Assembly: GCA_944390295.1 (NCBI GenBank)
Contig: CALXPV010000002.1
Span: forward strand, 1 to 44,882
Source: an uncultured Clostridia bacterium
Lineage (GTDB): Bacteria; Bacillota; Clostridia; TANB77; CAG-508
Length of the DNA: 44,882 nucleotides
Reading direction: 5' to 3'
Shown here: one piece after another, positions 18,713 through 28,403 of the stretch
How the letters are laid out: each line of letters starts with the position of its first letter
Position numbering within the stretch: position 1 is the first letter of the stretch
Program-made: the position numbers and the translations under genes
Notes under the pieces: model-generated
The model's database searches: none
The model's input: the letters and a program-made list of their open reading frames with translations, nothing else
What the model was told of the DNA's origin: nothing

Positions 18713-20875
18713 ATGGGTAATATAGTTTTATTAGATGATTTAACAATTAATAAAATAGCAGCCGGAGAAGTTATTGAAAGACCAGCATCTGTAGTAAAAG
18801 AAATGGTAGAAAACTCAATAGATGCAGGAGCAACAGCAATAACAGTAGAAATAAAAAATGGCGGAATTTCTTTTATAAGAATAACTGATAATGGAAAAGG
18901 AATTGCAAAAGATGATACAGAAATAGCCTTCGAAAGACATGCAACTAGTAAAATAAGAACAGCAAACGACATAGAAACAATACATTCTATGGGGTTTAGA
19001 GGAGAAGCTTTAGCAAGTATTGCAGCAGTTGCAAATGTTGAATTAGTAACAAAAACAGAAAAAGATGAAATAGGAACAAGAGTAGTAGTAGAAGCAGGTA
19101 AAGTATTAGAACATGAAGAAATAGGATGTAAAACAGGAACATCAATTACAGTTAAAAATTTATTTTTTAATACACCAGTAAGATATAAATTCTTAAAAAA
19201 AGATTTTACAGAATCTGGTTATATAGAAGATGCAATAACAAGACTTGCATTAGTAAATCCACATATTGCATTTAAATTAATAAATTCTGGAAAAACAATT
19301 ATACAAACAAATGGTAATGGTGATGTTCAAGCTGTTATATATGGAATATATGGAAAAAATATTGCAGAAAACGTACTTAAAGTAGATTATACTTATGAAG
19401 ATATTCATATAACAGGAGTTATTGGAAAGCCAGAAATAGCAAGATCTAATAGATCAAACCAATTATTCTTTGTTAATAATAGATATGTAAAAGATAAAGC
19501 TTTATCTGGCGCAATAGAAAAAGCATTTAAAGGATTACTTACAATAGGAAAATATGCATTTTCTATATTAAATATAGATATGGATCCAGCAAAAGTTGAT
19601 GTTAATGTTCACCCAGCAAAATTAGAAGTAAGATTTGCAGATGACTCAAAAATATTTAAATCAGTATATCATGCAGTAAATGATACATTGCTAAAAAATG
19701 ACTTAATAAAAGGATCTGAGAAACCAGAAGAGGGATTTGTAAATACTCCAAATACATCTTTGTTTGGTAATAGAGTAAGTCCAACTACAGAAGCTTTACA
19801 AAAAAATAGATTTAATGGATTATTAGAATTACAAAGAAAAATAAAAGAAGATTTAGAAAAGAGTAAAGCTGAACTAAACAGTAAATCAGAAGAAGAAAAT
19901 AAATTATTAAATACAGTTAAAAATATAGAAAATCCATTAGAAAATAAAGCTTCTAATGTTGAGGAAACAAAACAAGATATAAAAGTAGAAGAAAGTGAAG
20001 CACCAAAAGATATAACACCAGAAGAACCAAAAATAAAAATAGAGCAATTAGAAGAAGCAAGTAAAGAAATAGACAAACAAATAGAAAATATAGCAAATGA
20101 AAACATAAAAGAAACACCAAAAACATCATTTGATGAGATGTATTTTAAAATATTTGGAACAAAGCCACCAAAACCAGAAGGTAATGAAGATAGCAATAAA
20201 GATGAAAATGAGATAGAAGATAGTGCACATTTATTAAAGCCAAATGAAGTAGAAAATACTAATTTATTTGATAATATAGAAGATGATTATAAATATAAAC
20301 CACAATATAAATTTGTAGGAATAGTATTTAATACTTATATTATTTTTGAAATGGATAATGAAATGTATATTATGGATCAACATGCTGCTCATGAAAGAAT
20401 TATGTTTGAAAAAGTAAAGAAAAATTATTATTCAGACGAAGCAAAAGATTCTCAATTAATGCTTTTACCAGATATTATTACTTTAACACATAAAGAAATG
20501 GATATTGCAAAAGAAAATATGGATTTATTTAGAAAAGCAGGATTTATAATAGATGAATTTGGTGAAAATACAATAAAAATATCTGGAACACCAAGTATTT
20601 GTGTTGATTTAAATACAAGAGAATTATTCTTAGAAACATTAGATGAAATAAATGCAGTAGCAAGAACAGCTAAACAAGAAAAAGAAAATAGATTCTTAGC
20701 AACAATAGCTTGTAAATCAGCAGTAAAAGCACATATGGTTCTTACAAAAGAAGAAGTTGAAAGTTTAATGGATGAACTTTTAAAATTAACTAATCCATTT
20801 ACATGCCCACATGGAAGACCAACAGTAATTAAAATGTCAAAATATGAAATAGAAAGAAAATTTGAAAGAAAATAA
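18713..20875 (+). CDS. mutL: DNA mismatch repair protein MutL
   Basis: GHKL N-terminus LDDLTINKIAAGEVIERPASVVKEMVENSIDAGAT. C-terminal endonuclease motifs (DQHAAHERI, FTCPHGRP). ATG at 18713 follows AAAGGAGA. Confidence 0.95.
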   Translation: MGNIVLLDDLTINKIAAGEVIERPASVVKEMVENSIDAGATAITVEIKNGGISFIRITDNGKGIAKDDTEIAFERHATSKIRTANDIETIHSMGFRGEALASIAAVANVELVTKTEKDEIGTRVVVEAGKVLEHEEIGCKTGTSITVKNLFFNTPVRYKFLKKDFTESGYIEDAITRLALVNPHIAFKLINSGKTIIQTNGNGDVQAVIYGIYGKNIAENVLKVDYTYEDIHITGVIGKPEIARSNRSNQLFFVNNRYVKDKALSGAIEKAFKGLLTIGKYAFSILNIDMDPAKVDVNVHPAKLEVRFADDSKIFKSVYHAVNDTLLKNDLIKGSEKPEEGFVNTPNTSLFGNRVSPTTEALQKNRFNGLLELQRKIKEDLEKSKAELNSKSEEENKLLNTVKNIENPLENKASNVEETKQDIKVEESEAPKDITPEEPKIKIEQLEEASKEIDKQIENIANENIKETPKTSFDEMYFKIFGTKPPKPEGNEDSNKDENEIEDSAHLLKPNEVENTNLFDNIEDDYKYKPQYKFVGIVFNTYIIFEMDNEMYIMDQHAAHERIMFEKVKKNYYSDEAKDSQLMLLPDIITLTHKEMDIAKENMDLFRKAGFIIDEFGENTIKISGTPSICVDLNTRELFLETLDEINAVARTAKQEKENRFLATIACKSAVKAHMVLTKEEVESLMDELLKLTNPFTCPHGRPTVIKMSKYEIERKFERK

Positions 20876-20897
20876 GTATCTAATTAAAGGAGAAAAA

Positions 20898-21830
20898 ATG
20901 GAAAGCACAGTAAGCAGAAAAGACGTAATTGTAATTGGTGGACCAACAGCATCAGGCAAAACAGCATTATCAGTTGAATTAGCCAAAAGAATAAACGGAC
21001 AAATAATTTCAGCTGATTCTATGCAAATATATAAGGAAATGAATATTGGTACAGCCAAAGTTACAAAAGAGGAAATGCAAGGAATAAAACATTATATGAT
21101 AGATATTGTTTCTCCAAATGAAAGATATTCTGTTGCGGATTTTAAAAATGATGCAGAAAATGCAATAGAAGAAATGATAAAAAATGGATATACACCAATT
21201 ATAGTTGGTGGAACAGGATTATATGTAAATAGTTTAATTTATAATATAAATTATCCAGAACTAGAGTTTGATAAAGAATATAGAGATTATCTTGAAGAAA
21301 GAGCAGATAAAGAAGGACTAGAAACTTTATATAAAGAAGCTTTAGAAATAGATAAAGAAGCAACTCAAAAAATAAGCGTAAAAGATAGAAAAAGAATATT
21401 ACGAATTTTAGAAATATATAAACAAACCGGAAAAACAAAGACACAATTAGAAATAGAGTCAAGAAGTGTTCCACCAAAATATAATTATAAGGTATTTGCT
21501 ATAAATTATGATAGACAAAAATTATATGATAGAATAAATTTAAGAGTAGATAAAATGCTTGAAGAAGGACTTATAAAAGAAGTAGAAAACATTAAAAATA
21601 AATATTCAGATTTCCCAACAGCAATGCAAGGGCTTGGTTATAAAGAAGTAGTGGAGTATTTAAAAGAAGAAATATCATATGAAGAAATGGTAGAAAAAAT
21701 AAAACAAGAAAGTAGAAGGTATGCAAAAAGACAAATAACATGGTTTAAAGCCATACCAAATATAATTTGGTTAAATGCTGAAGATGGAGTTAATAAAAAT
21801 ATTGAAATTATCTTGGAGGAGACAAATTGA
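20898..21830 (+). CDS. miaA: tRNA dimethylallyltransferase
   Basis: P-loop GGPTASGKT and SADSMQIYKEMNIGTAK. ATG at 20898 follows AAAGGAGA. Confidence 0.93.
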   Translation: MESTVSRKDVIVIGGPTASGKTALSVELAKRINGQIISADSMQIYKEMNIGTAKVTKEEMQGIKHYMIDIVSPNERYSVADFKNDAENAIEEMIKNGYTPIIVGGTGLYVNSLIYNINYPELEFDKEYRDYLEERADKEGLETLYKEALEIDKEATQKISVKDRKRILRILEIYKQTGKTKTQLEIESRSVPPKYNYKVFAINYDRQKLYDRINLRVDKMLEEGLIKEVENIKNKYSDFPTAMQGLGYKEVVEYLKEEISYEEMVEKIKQESRRYAKRQITWFKAIPNIIWLNAEDGVNKNIEIILEETN

Positions 21831-23092
21831 AAAAAAAGATAAATGACAAAAGAAAAGTAATAAAACCAAATAAAATAAAAATAATTTTTGTAAGTATTCT
21901 AACTGTTGCAGTAATTATATATGGAATATATGCAATTTGGCAACTTGCAAGCAACCCTACAGATGTATTTTTAGTAGAACAAGGTTCAATTACTCAAGAA
22001 GAAAGAGTAGAAGGATATGTAATAAGAAAAGAAGAAAAAGTACAAGGGAATAATTATAAAAATGGTATGGTGCAGATAAAAGCCGAAGGAGAAAAATGTG
22101 CCAAAGATGAAAATATTTTTAGATATTACACAAAAGGAGAAGAGAATCTAGTAGCAAAAATTCAAGAACTGGACGAAAAAATAGATGAAGCACAAAAAAA
22201 TGATACTACAAGCGTATTTTCAAGTGATATAAAATTACTAGATAAAGAAATAGAATTAAGACTAAATGAACTATCTAAAACAAACGATATTCAAAAAATT
22301 ACAGAATATAAAAAAGAAATAGAAAACTACATAAAAAAGAAAACAGAAATTATTGGAGAAAACAGTAAATCTGGTTCATACTTAAATAAATTAATTCAAC
22401 AAAGAAAAGAATATGAGAAAAAGCTAAATTCTGGAAGTGAATATATAAAGGCACCAATGAGTGGAGTTGTTTCTTATAAAGTTGATGGACTAGAAGATGT
22501 TTTAACACCAGATGACTTTAGTAGTTATAATAGATCTTTTTTTGAAAGTTTGAATTTGAAAACAGGACAAGCGATTGCAACAAGTACAGAATCTGGAAAA
22601 GTTGTAAACAATTATGAATGTTATATTGCAACAATAATAAAGAAAGATAAAACACATGATATAGAAAAAGACGATAGATTAGAATTAAGACTTTCAAATG
22701 GAGATGAAATACCAGCAAGAGTATATTATATTCAAGAACAAACAGATGATGATGTATTAGTTGTTTTTAGAATTACAAAAGATGTAGAAAAATTAATAGA
22801 TAATAGAAAGATTTCTTTTGATATAATATTCTGGCAATATTCTGGTTATAAAGTACCAAATACAGCAATTATAAAAGAAGATGATTTGGCATATGTAATA
22901 AGAAATAGAGCAGGATATTTAAGTAGAGTACTTGTTAAAGTGGAAAAGGAAAGTGATACATATTCTATTATAGATAACTATGATTCTGATGAACTAAAAG
23001 AAATGGGAGTAAGCTCATCAAGTTTAAATGCAAGTACAAAAATAAATTTATATGATGAAATTCAAGCTGTTGCAGATGAAAATGTAAGATAA
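21827..23092 (+). CDS. HlyD-like membrane-fusion/adaptor family protein (N-terminal TM, coiled coil, beta-barrel)
   Basis: TM helix at aa 18-40, long coiled coil, APMSGVVSY lipoyl-like hairpin, C-terminal beta-rich domain. TTG start overlaps the miaA stop. Confidence 0.5.
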   Translation: MKKKINDKRKVIKPNKIKIIFVSILTVAVIIYGIYAIWQLASNPTDVFLVEQGSITQEERVEGYVIRKEEKVQGNNYKNGMVQIKAEGEKCAKDENIFRYYTKGEENLVAKIQELDEKIDEAQKNDTTSVFSSDIKLLDKEIELRLNELSKTNDIQKITEYKKEIENYIKKKTEIIGENSKSGSYLNKLIQQRKEYEKKLNSGSEYIKAPMSGVVSYKVDGLEDVLTPDDFSSYNRSFFESLNLKTGQAIATSTESGKVVNNYECYIATIIKKDKTHDIEKDDRLELRLSNGDEIPARVYYIQEQTDDDVLVVFRITKDVEKLIDNRKISFDIIFWQYSGYKVPNTAIIKEDDLAYVIRNRAGYLSRVLVKVEKESDTYSIIDNYDSDELKEMGVSSSSLNASTKINLYDEIQAVADENVR

Positions 23093-23219
23093 AATATTAC
23101 AAATATATTACAATAATATTAAGAATAAATTACAAACATGAAAAACTATTGACAACATCGTAAAAAAGGTAGATACTATATGCAACACAACAAAGGAGAA
23201 ATATTAGGAGGTTTTTTTA

Positions 23220-23705
23220 ATGGCAGGAGCTATAATGAACAAAGTTTGGGATCTATTTGGAATGGATACAGAAAGAAATGAAGAAGAATTAGAAGAAAAA
23301 GATTATAACGAAAATGATTATTATGAAGAAGATGAAAATGAAGAAATAGACGATAGAAGATTTTTTGGAAAGAAAAATAAAGTGGTTTCTATGCCACAAA
23401 CACAACAAATAAAAATGGTTATTTCACAACCTACAACATTTGATCAATCAGAAGAAATATGCGAATTTTTAAAAGATAAAAAATCTGTTATAGTAAATTT
23501 AGAATATGTAAACAAAGATGTTGCTAGAAGAATAGTAGACTTTATTAGTGGTGGAGTTTTTGCGTTAGATGGACATATACAAAAGGTATCAAACTCTATA
23601 TTCTTAATAGCACCATACAACTACGAAATTACAAATGAAATGGCAAGAGAAGAAATATCAAACAAATTATCTGTATCTTGGCTAAAAAACAACACAAAGA
23701 ACTAA
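23220..23705 (+). CDS. sepF: Cell division protein SepF
   Basis: Conserved core ...ISQPTTFDQSEEICEFLKDKKSVIVNLEYVNKDVARRIVDFISGGVFALDGHIQKVSNSIFLIAP. Confidence 0.9.
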   Translation: MAGAIMNKVWDLFGMDTERNEEELEEKDYNENDYYEEDENEEIDDRRFFGKKNKVVSMPQTQQIKMVISQPTTFDQSEEICEFLKDKKSVIVNLEYVNKDVARRIVDFISGGVFALDGHIQKVSNSIFLIAPYNYEITNEMAREEISNKLSVSWLKNNTKN

Positions 23706-23707
23706 AT

Positions 23708-23731
23708 AAAAGCACGTAATCTCGTGCTTTT
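23708..23731 (+). terminator. sepF terminator
   Basis: AAAAGCACG-TAATCT-CGTGCTTTT. Confidence 0.7.
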
Positions 23732-23827
23732 ATTGATAAACTCAATAAAAAGCTCTTGGAACAAAAAGAAAACCACCAAGAGTTTAATTAGCAAGCTTGT
23801 CTTGCAAATGTGAAGGAGGACGGGAAT

Positions 23828-24286
23828 ATGTTGACACCATTAGATATTGAAAATAAAAAATTCTCAAAACAAAGAATAAATGGATATAGTGTAGAAGAAG
23901 TGGATGATTTTCTAGATGAATTAACAGTTGATTATGGAAAAGCATACAAAGAAAGCACTGAAGCTAAGAAAAAAATAGATGAATTAACACAAAGCTTAGC
24001 ACACTATAAAAACATAGAAGAAACATTGCAAAGTACATTAGTTATGGCTCAATCAACAGCAGAAGAAGTAAAAAGTGTTGCAAGGCAACAAGCAGAACAA
24101 ATTGTTAAAGATGCTAAAGGAAATGCTCAAAAAGAAGCAGATTCATTAGTTCAAGAAATCAATATGAAAAAGAAAGAATTAGATGACTTGAAAAAACAAT
24201 TTGATGTTTACAAAGCAAAAATGGAAGCTTTACTAATTTCGCAATTAGAATTATTAAAAGATATAAACAAAGAAGAAGATGAATAA
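23828..24286 (+). CDS. divIVA: DivIVA-domain cell division protein
   Basis: MLTPLDIENKKFSKQRINGYSVEEVDDFLDEL... followed by coiled coil. ATG at 23828 follows GAAGGAGGA. Confidence 0.9.
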   Translation: MLTPLDIENKKFSKQRINGYSVEEVDDFLDELTVDYGKAYKESTEAKKKIDELTQSLAHYKNIEETLQSTLVMAQSTAEEVKSVARQQAEQIVKDAKGNAQKEADSLVQEINMKKKELDDLKKQFDVYKAKMEALLISQLELLKDINKEEDE

Positions 24287-24299
24287 AGATATGATAACT

Positions 24300-24340
24300 A
24301 AAGACAAATTTTGCACTGTAATGTGCAAAATTTGTCTTTA
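24300..24340 (+). terminator. divIVA terminator
   Basis: AAAGACAAATTTTGCAC-N6-GTGCAAAATTTGTCTTT. Confidence 0.8.
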
Positions 24341-24440
24341 TCTGTCTTTATTACAAATCTATTAAATGTATGTTACATTTCTATTAAGATTATTGACATA
24401 TATTTATTATTTAATAAAATATAGGATATAAGAGGTAATA

Positions 24441-24989
24441 ATGAGAATTATAGGCGGAAATTCAAGAGGAACAAAATTATATACATTAGAAGGAATTAAT
24501 ACACGTCCAACACTAGATAGAGTAAAAGAATCTATGTTTAATATTTTACAAAATAATATTAAAGAAAAAACAGTATTAGATTTATTTGCTGGTAGTGGAG
24601 CAATAGGATTAGAATTTATAAGCCGTGGAGCTAAAGAAGCTACTTTATGTGAGAAAGAAAAAAAGGCAATTAGTGTTATTAACAAAAATATTGAAAAAAT
24701 GAAAGTGCAAAGCAAAGTAAAAATTGCTTTTATGGATTATAGAAGATTTTTAGAAACAACAACCCAAAAATTTGATTTAATATTTTTAGATCCACCATAT
24801 GAAACTAATTTTATAAGTGACAGTGTAGAACTAATCTTAAAAAAGAATTTGCTAAATAATGATGGAATTATTATAGCTGAGACAGATCAAGATGAAAGAG
24901 TATTAGAAGAATTAAAAAATATAGAAATAGAGATTTATGATATACGAAAATATGGAAGAGCAAAGCTAATATTTATGCGAAAGGGGTAA
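24441..24989 (+). CDS. rsmD: 16S rRNA (guanine966-N2)-methyltransferase
   Basis: MRIIGG..RG..L....TRPT.DRVKE..FNIL, DLFAGSGAIGLE, FLDPPY. Confidence 0.9.
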   Translation: MRIIGGNSRGTKLYTLEGINTRPTLDRVKESMFNILQNNIKEKTVLDLFAGSGAIGLEFISRGAKEATLCEKEKKAISVINKNIEKMKVQSKVKIAFMDYRRFLETTTQKFDLIFLDPPYETNFISDSVELILKKNLLNNDGIIIAETDQDERVLEELKNIEIEIYDIRKYGRAKLIFMRKG

Positions 24990-24993
24990 GAAA

Positions 24994-25431
24994 ATGGAAA
25001 TTTTCACATTACTAGAAACTTTGGAAGAAATGCTAGAACAAAGTAAAAAAGTTCCATTCACAGATAAAGTCGTAGTAGATAAAGAAGCGATTTTGGAAAT
25101 TATAAAAGAAATAAGATTAAAGCTTCCAGATGAATTAAAACAAGCAAAATGGGTAAAAGAAGAAAGACAAAGAATTTTATCTGAGGCACAAAAAGAAGCT
25201 AATGATATTGTAAAAGAAGCAGAAACACGAATTATATCTATGATAGATGAACATGAAATAACTAAAAAAGCATATGAACAAAAAGCACAAATTATAGAAA
25301 CTGCCAATGAAATGTCAAGAGAAATTTCACAAGGTACAAAAGAATATGCAGACAATGTATTAAGCAGTATTCAAACAGCTTTAGAAGATGCTTTAAAAGT
25401 AATACAAAGTAATAGAAAAGAATTAAAATAA
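24994..25431 (+). CDS. Coiled-coil protein of unknown function (V-ATPase subunit H-like / ATPase-like annotation class)
   Basis: 145-aa all-helical K/E-rich ORF 4 nt after rsmD. No catalytic motifs seen. Confidence 0.4.
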   Translation: MEIFTLLETLEEMLEQSKKVPFTDKVVVDKEAILEIIKEIRLKLPDELKQAKWVKEERQRILSEAQKEANDIVKEAETRIISMIDEHEITKKAYEQKAQIIETANEMSREISQGTKEYADNVLSSIQTALEDALKVIQSNRKELK

Positions 25432-25477
25432 ATGAGAGTCAGAGGTCGGTAAAAGCAGAAAGCGGCGTCTGATTTTT

Positions 25478-25812
25478 TATATAGAAGGAAAGTTCTCCGA
25501 ACTCTCCTCCTATATAGAAAAATTTCACACAAAATTGCTATACAATTTTGGCGAACGAACAAAGACGGGGCATGTAAGTTATTTAAAAGAGAAGAAAATA
25601 TTAATCATGCCCCTTTTTGTTCTAGTATAGGAAAAATCGAGTTTTTCCTATACTAGAATGTCGCTTCGCTCTAACAACTGCACACAATTTTACTTGCGTA
25701 AAATTGGCGCACGAACAAAGACGCGACATGTTAGTTAACTAAAATGTTAGAGTATTGAAATCATGTCGCTTTTGTTCTTATATAGGAAAATTAAAGATTT
25801 TTACGAATATAA
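25478..25812 (+). repeat. Tandem array of structured modules (period about 143-157 bp), each built from conserved hairpins H1-H2-H3
   Basis: H1 at 25478-25516, 25621-25657 and 25778-25812. H2 at 25530-25550 and 25685-25706. H3 at 25557-25622 and 25713-25777. Stems differ between copies by compensatory changes. Confidence 0.75.
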
Positions 25813-25959
25813 CAAGGTTAAGTTTTCTATGGCCGTGCGATTGCAAAGCAAGATTTGTCTTTATAAAAAAATATATAATAAAATTCAAAAAAAGTGTTAA
25901 TAAAATAATTTATATGATAAAATGGAAAAGGATATTTTTATACTAAATGGAGGTAAAAA

Positions 25960-28389
25960 ATGGCACAAGCTAAAAGAGCAAAAACAACAAAGAAATCTGT
26001 AGGAAGACCAAAAGGAAGTACTAATAAAAGTAAGGGAACTAGAAGTAGAAACAAGAAAAATAATGTAGATAAAAATTTAATTGTAGTAGTAATGATAATA
26101 GTAAGTTTACTGCTATGTGTTTTAATATATACAAAATCAGGATGGATGGGAGAACATTTAAGCCCAACATTAGGTGGAATAATGGGAGTAATTAAATACA
26201 TTTTACCTATTGGAACTTTTGCTATAGCTATAAAAATTGCAACAGATGATAAGGATTATTTAAGCAAAAAAATTATAAATTATGTGATTTTCTTATTATG
26301 TATTACAGCTGCAATGACAATATTTTTAATTAATAATGGTACTTTATCAGAAAATATGGAATTTTCAGATTTTATAGAAAAATCATATGATTTAGGAACA
26401 AGAAACATAGGTGGTGGAGCAATCGGAGGAATGCTAGCTCTTCCTTTATGTCAGTTTTTAGGAACTTTAGGAAGTATAATTTTATTAATAGGAGTTGCAA
26501 TTATAAATTTAATAAATTTATTTGAGATAAAACCAGCAGAAATTATAAATAATATGATAGAAAGAGCAAAAGAACGTAGAGAATATGAAGATGAAGAAGA
26601 CGACGAAGAAGATGATGAAGAAACAGATGAAAAAGAAATTATAATAGAAAAGAAAGATAAGAAAAAGAAGAAAAAAGAAAAACAAGCAGAAGAGATTCCG
26701 ATGGAAGATCAAATTACAATTAATTTAAATGAAACAGAGCCTAAAAAGAAAAAATTATTTGGTCGTACAAAAGATGAGGTTAATGCAGTATTAAAAGAAG
26801 AGCCAACTAAACCAGACCAAATAGAAGCGAACCTATTTAAACAAGAACAAGAGAAAAAAGAAGAAAAAACAAAAGAAGTACTAGTATTAGAACATGGATT
26901 AACAGAAGAAGAAGAAAATTATGAATTTCCGCCAATAGAATTATTAAGTGAAGGACAAGGAAGAGTATTTAAAGGTGGTAAGAAAGCTTTAGCAGATACT
27001 GCAACAAAACTTCAAAAAACATTATACAGTTTTGGAGTTTCTGCAAAAGTAGAAAATGTTTCTGTAGGACCAGCTATAACAAGATATGAGGTAAAACCTG
27101 CAGAAGGTGTTAGAGTAAATAAAATTGCAAATTTAGCTGATGATATTGCGTTAAGTTTAGCAGCAGAGAGTATTAGAATAGAAGCACCAATTCCAGGAAA
27201 ACAAGCTGTAGGAATAGAAATACCAAATAAAGAAAATGAAGTAGTTCATTTAAGAGATATAATAGAAACAGAAGATTTTATAAATCATAAATCAAAACTA
27301 GCATTAGCATTAGGAAAAAATGTTGGTGGAGAAAGTGTTATTGCTGATGTTGCAAAAATGCCACACGTATTAATTGCAGGAAGTACAGGTTCAGGAAAGA
27401 GTGTTTGTATTAACACATTAATTACAAGTATATTATATAAAGCAAAACCAAATGAAGTAAAACTATTGATGGTAGATCCAAAGGTTGTTGAACTTTCTGT
27501 ATATAATGGAATACCACATTTATTAATACCAGTTGTAACAGATCCTAAAAAAGCAGCAGGTGCTTTAGCTTGGGCTGTACAAGAAATGGTAAATAGATAT
27601 AGCCTTTTTGCCAATAAAGGTGTAAGAGATATAAAAGGATATAATGCAGCAATAGAAAAAGAAGGTGGAACTGGAAAACTTCCACAAATAGTAATAATAA
27701 TAGATGAGCTTGCAGATTTAATGATGGTTGCAGCAAAAGACGTAGAAGATGCAATATGTAGATTAGCACAAATGGCAAGAGCTGCTGGAATGCACTTAGT
27801 TATAGCGACACAAAGACCATCTGTTGATGTAATTACAGGTATAATTAAAGCAAATATTCCATCAAGAATTGCTTTCGCTGTTTCTTCACAAGTAGATTCA
27901 AGAACAATACTAGATAGTGTTGGAGCAGAAAAACTATTAGGTAAAGGAGATATGTTATTTTATCCATCAGGAGCATCAAAACCTACAAGAGTCCAAGGTG
28001 CATTTGTATCTGATAGTGAAGTAGAAAAAATAGTTGACTTTTTGAAATTTAATGGTGGAGAAGCTAAATATAATGAAGATATTATAGAAAGTATAGAAAA
28101 ATCTAATAGTACAGATAAAGAATTAGATCAAATGGAAGAAGATGACGATACAGATCCATTATTAATGGAAGCTATAGATACTGTAGTAGAAACAGGACAA
28201 GCATCTACATCATTTATACAAAGAAGATTTAAAGTTGGATATGCAAGAGCAGGAAGAATAATAGATCAAATGGAAGAAAGAGGAATAATATCTGGTTACC
28301 AAGGAAGTAAACCAAGAGAAGTATTAATTACTAAAGAAAGACTTGCAGAATTAAAAATGTCAGATTCTTTAGAAGAGGAAAATAATTAG
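25960..28389 (+). CDS. ftsK: DNA translocase FtsK/SpoIIIE
   Basis: N-terminal TM domain, acidic/lysine linker, Walker A GSTGSGKS, Walker B IIIDELADLMM, gamma domain ASTSFIQRRFKVGYARAGRIIDQMEE. Confidence 0.95.
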   Translation: MAQAKRAKTTKKSVGRPKGSTNKSKGTRSRNKKNNVDKNLIVVVMIIVSLLLCVLIYTKSGWMGEHLSPTLGGIMGVIKYILPIGTFAIAIKIATDDKDYLSKKIINYVIFLLCITAAMTIFLINNGTLSENMEFSDFIEKSYDLGTRNIGGGAIGGMLALPLCQFLGTLGSIILLIGVAIINLINLFEIKPAEIINNMIERAKERREYEDEEDDEEDDEETDEKEIIIEKKDKKKKKKEKQAEEIPMEDQITINLNETEPKKKKLFGRTKDEVNAVLKEEPTKPDQIEANLFKQEQEKKEEKTKEVLVLEHGLTEEEENYEFPPIELLSEGQGRVFKGGKKALADTATKLQKTLYSFGVSAKVENVSVGPAITRYEVKPAEGVRVNKIANLADDIALSLAAESIRIEAPIPGKQAVGIEIPNKENEVVHLRDIIETEDFINHKSKLALALGKNVGGESVIADVAKMPHVLIAGSTGSGKSVCINTLITSILYKAKPNEVKLLMVDPKVVELSVYNGIPHLLIPVVTDPKKAAGALAWAVQEMVNRYSLFANKGVRDIKGYNAAIEKEGGTGKLPQIVIIIDELADLMMVAAKDVEDAICRLAQMARAAGMHLVIATQRPSVDVITGIIKANIPSRIAFAVSSQVDSRTILDSVGAEKLLGKGDMLFYPSGASKPTRVQGAFVSDSEVEKIVDFLKFNGGEAKYNEDIIESIEKSNSTDKELDQMEEDDDTDPLLMEAIDTVVETGQASTSFIQRRFKVGYARAGRIIDQMEERGIISGYQGSKPREVLITKERLAELKMSDSLEEENN

Positions 28390-28403
28390 AAAGGTGGATA
28401 AAT

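Noticed and set aside
19669-20196. 175-aa antisense ORF inside mutL, and similar shadows at 8226-8723, 24966-25355, 34974-35255, 39160-39444, 11928-12209, 12501-12788 and 27285-27614
   Set aside because: All are embedded antisense in well-supported genes. They have F/S/L-rich low-complexity products and no ribosome-binding sites.
25478-25812. Possible CRISPR array upstream of ftsK
   Set aside because: There are only 2-3 units. The 'spacers' are themselves homologous between units, the repeats are diverged (about 70% identity), the period is about 150 bp, and no cas genes are present. It is a tandem structured repeat, not CRISPR.
25755-26201. Track ORFs 25755-25946 (+, 63 aa) and 25938-26201 (-, 87 aa) near the ftsK start
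   Set aside because: The first runs through the hairpin-repeat array with no RBS and a TTG/odd start. The second is antisense to the ftsK 5' end. Neither has coding-like composition.
26560-26700. GAAGAAGA/GATGAAGA-type simple repeats in ftsK, and the long K/E/N-rich stretch in mutL (about 19750-20280)
   Set aside because: These are in-frame low-complexity acidic/lysine linkers between conserved domains of intact genes, not independent repeat elements or frameshifts.
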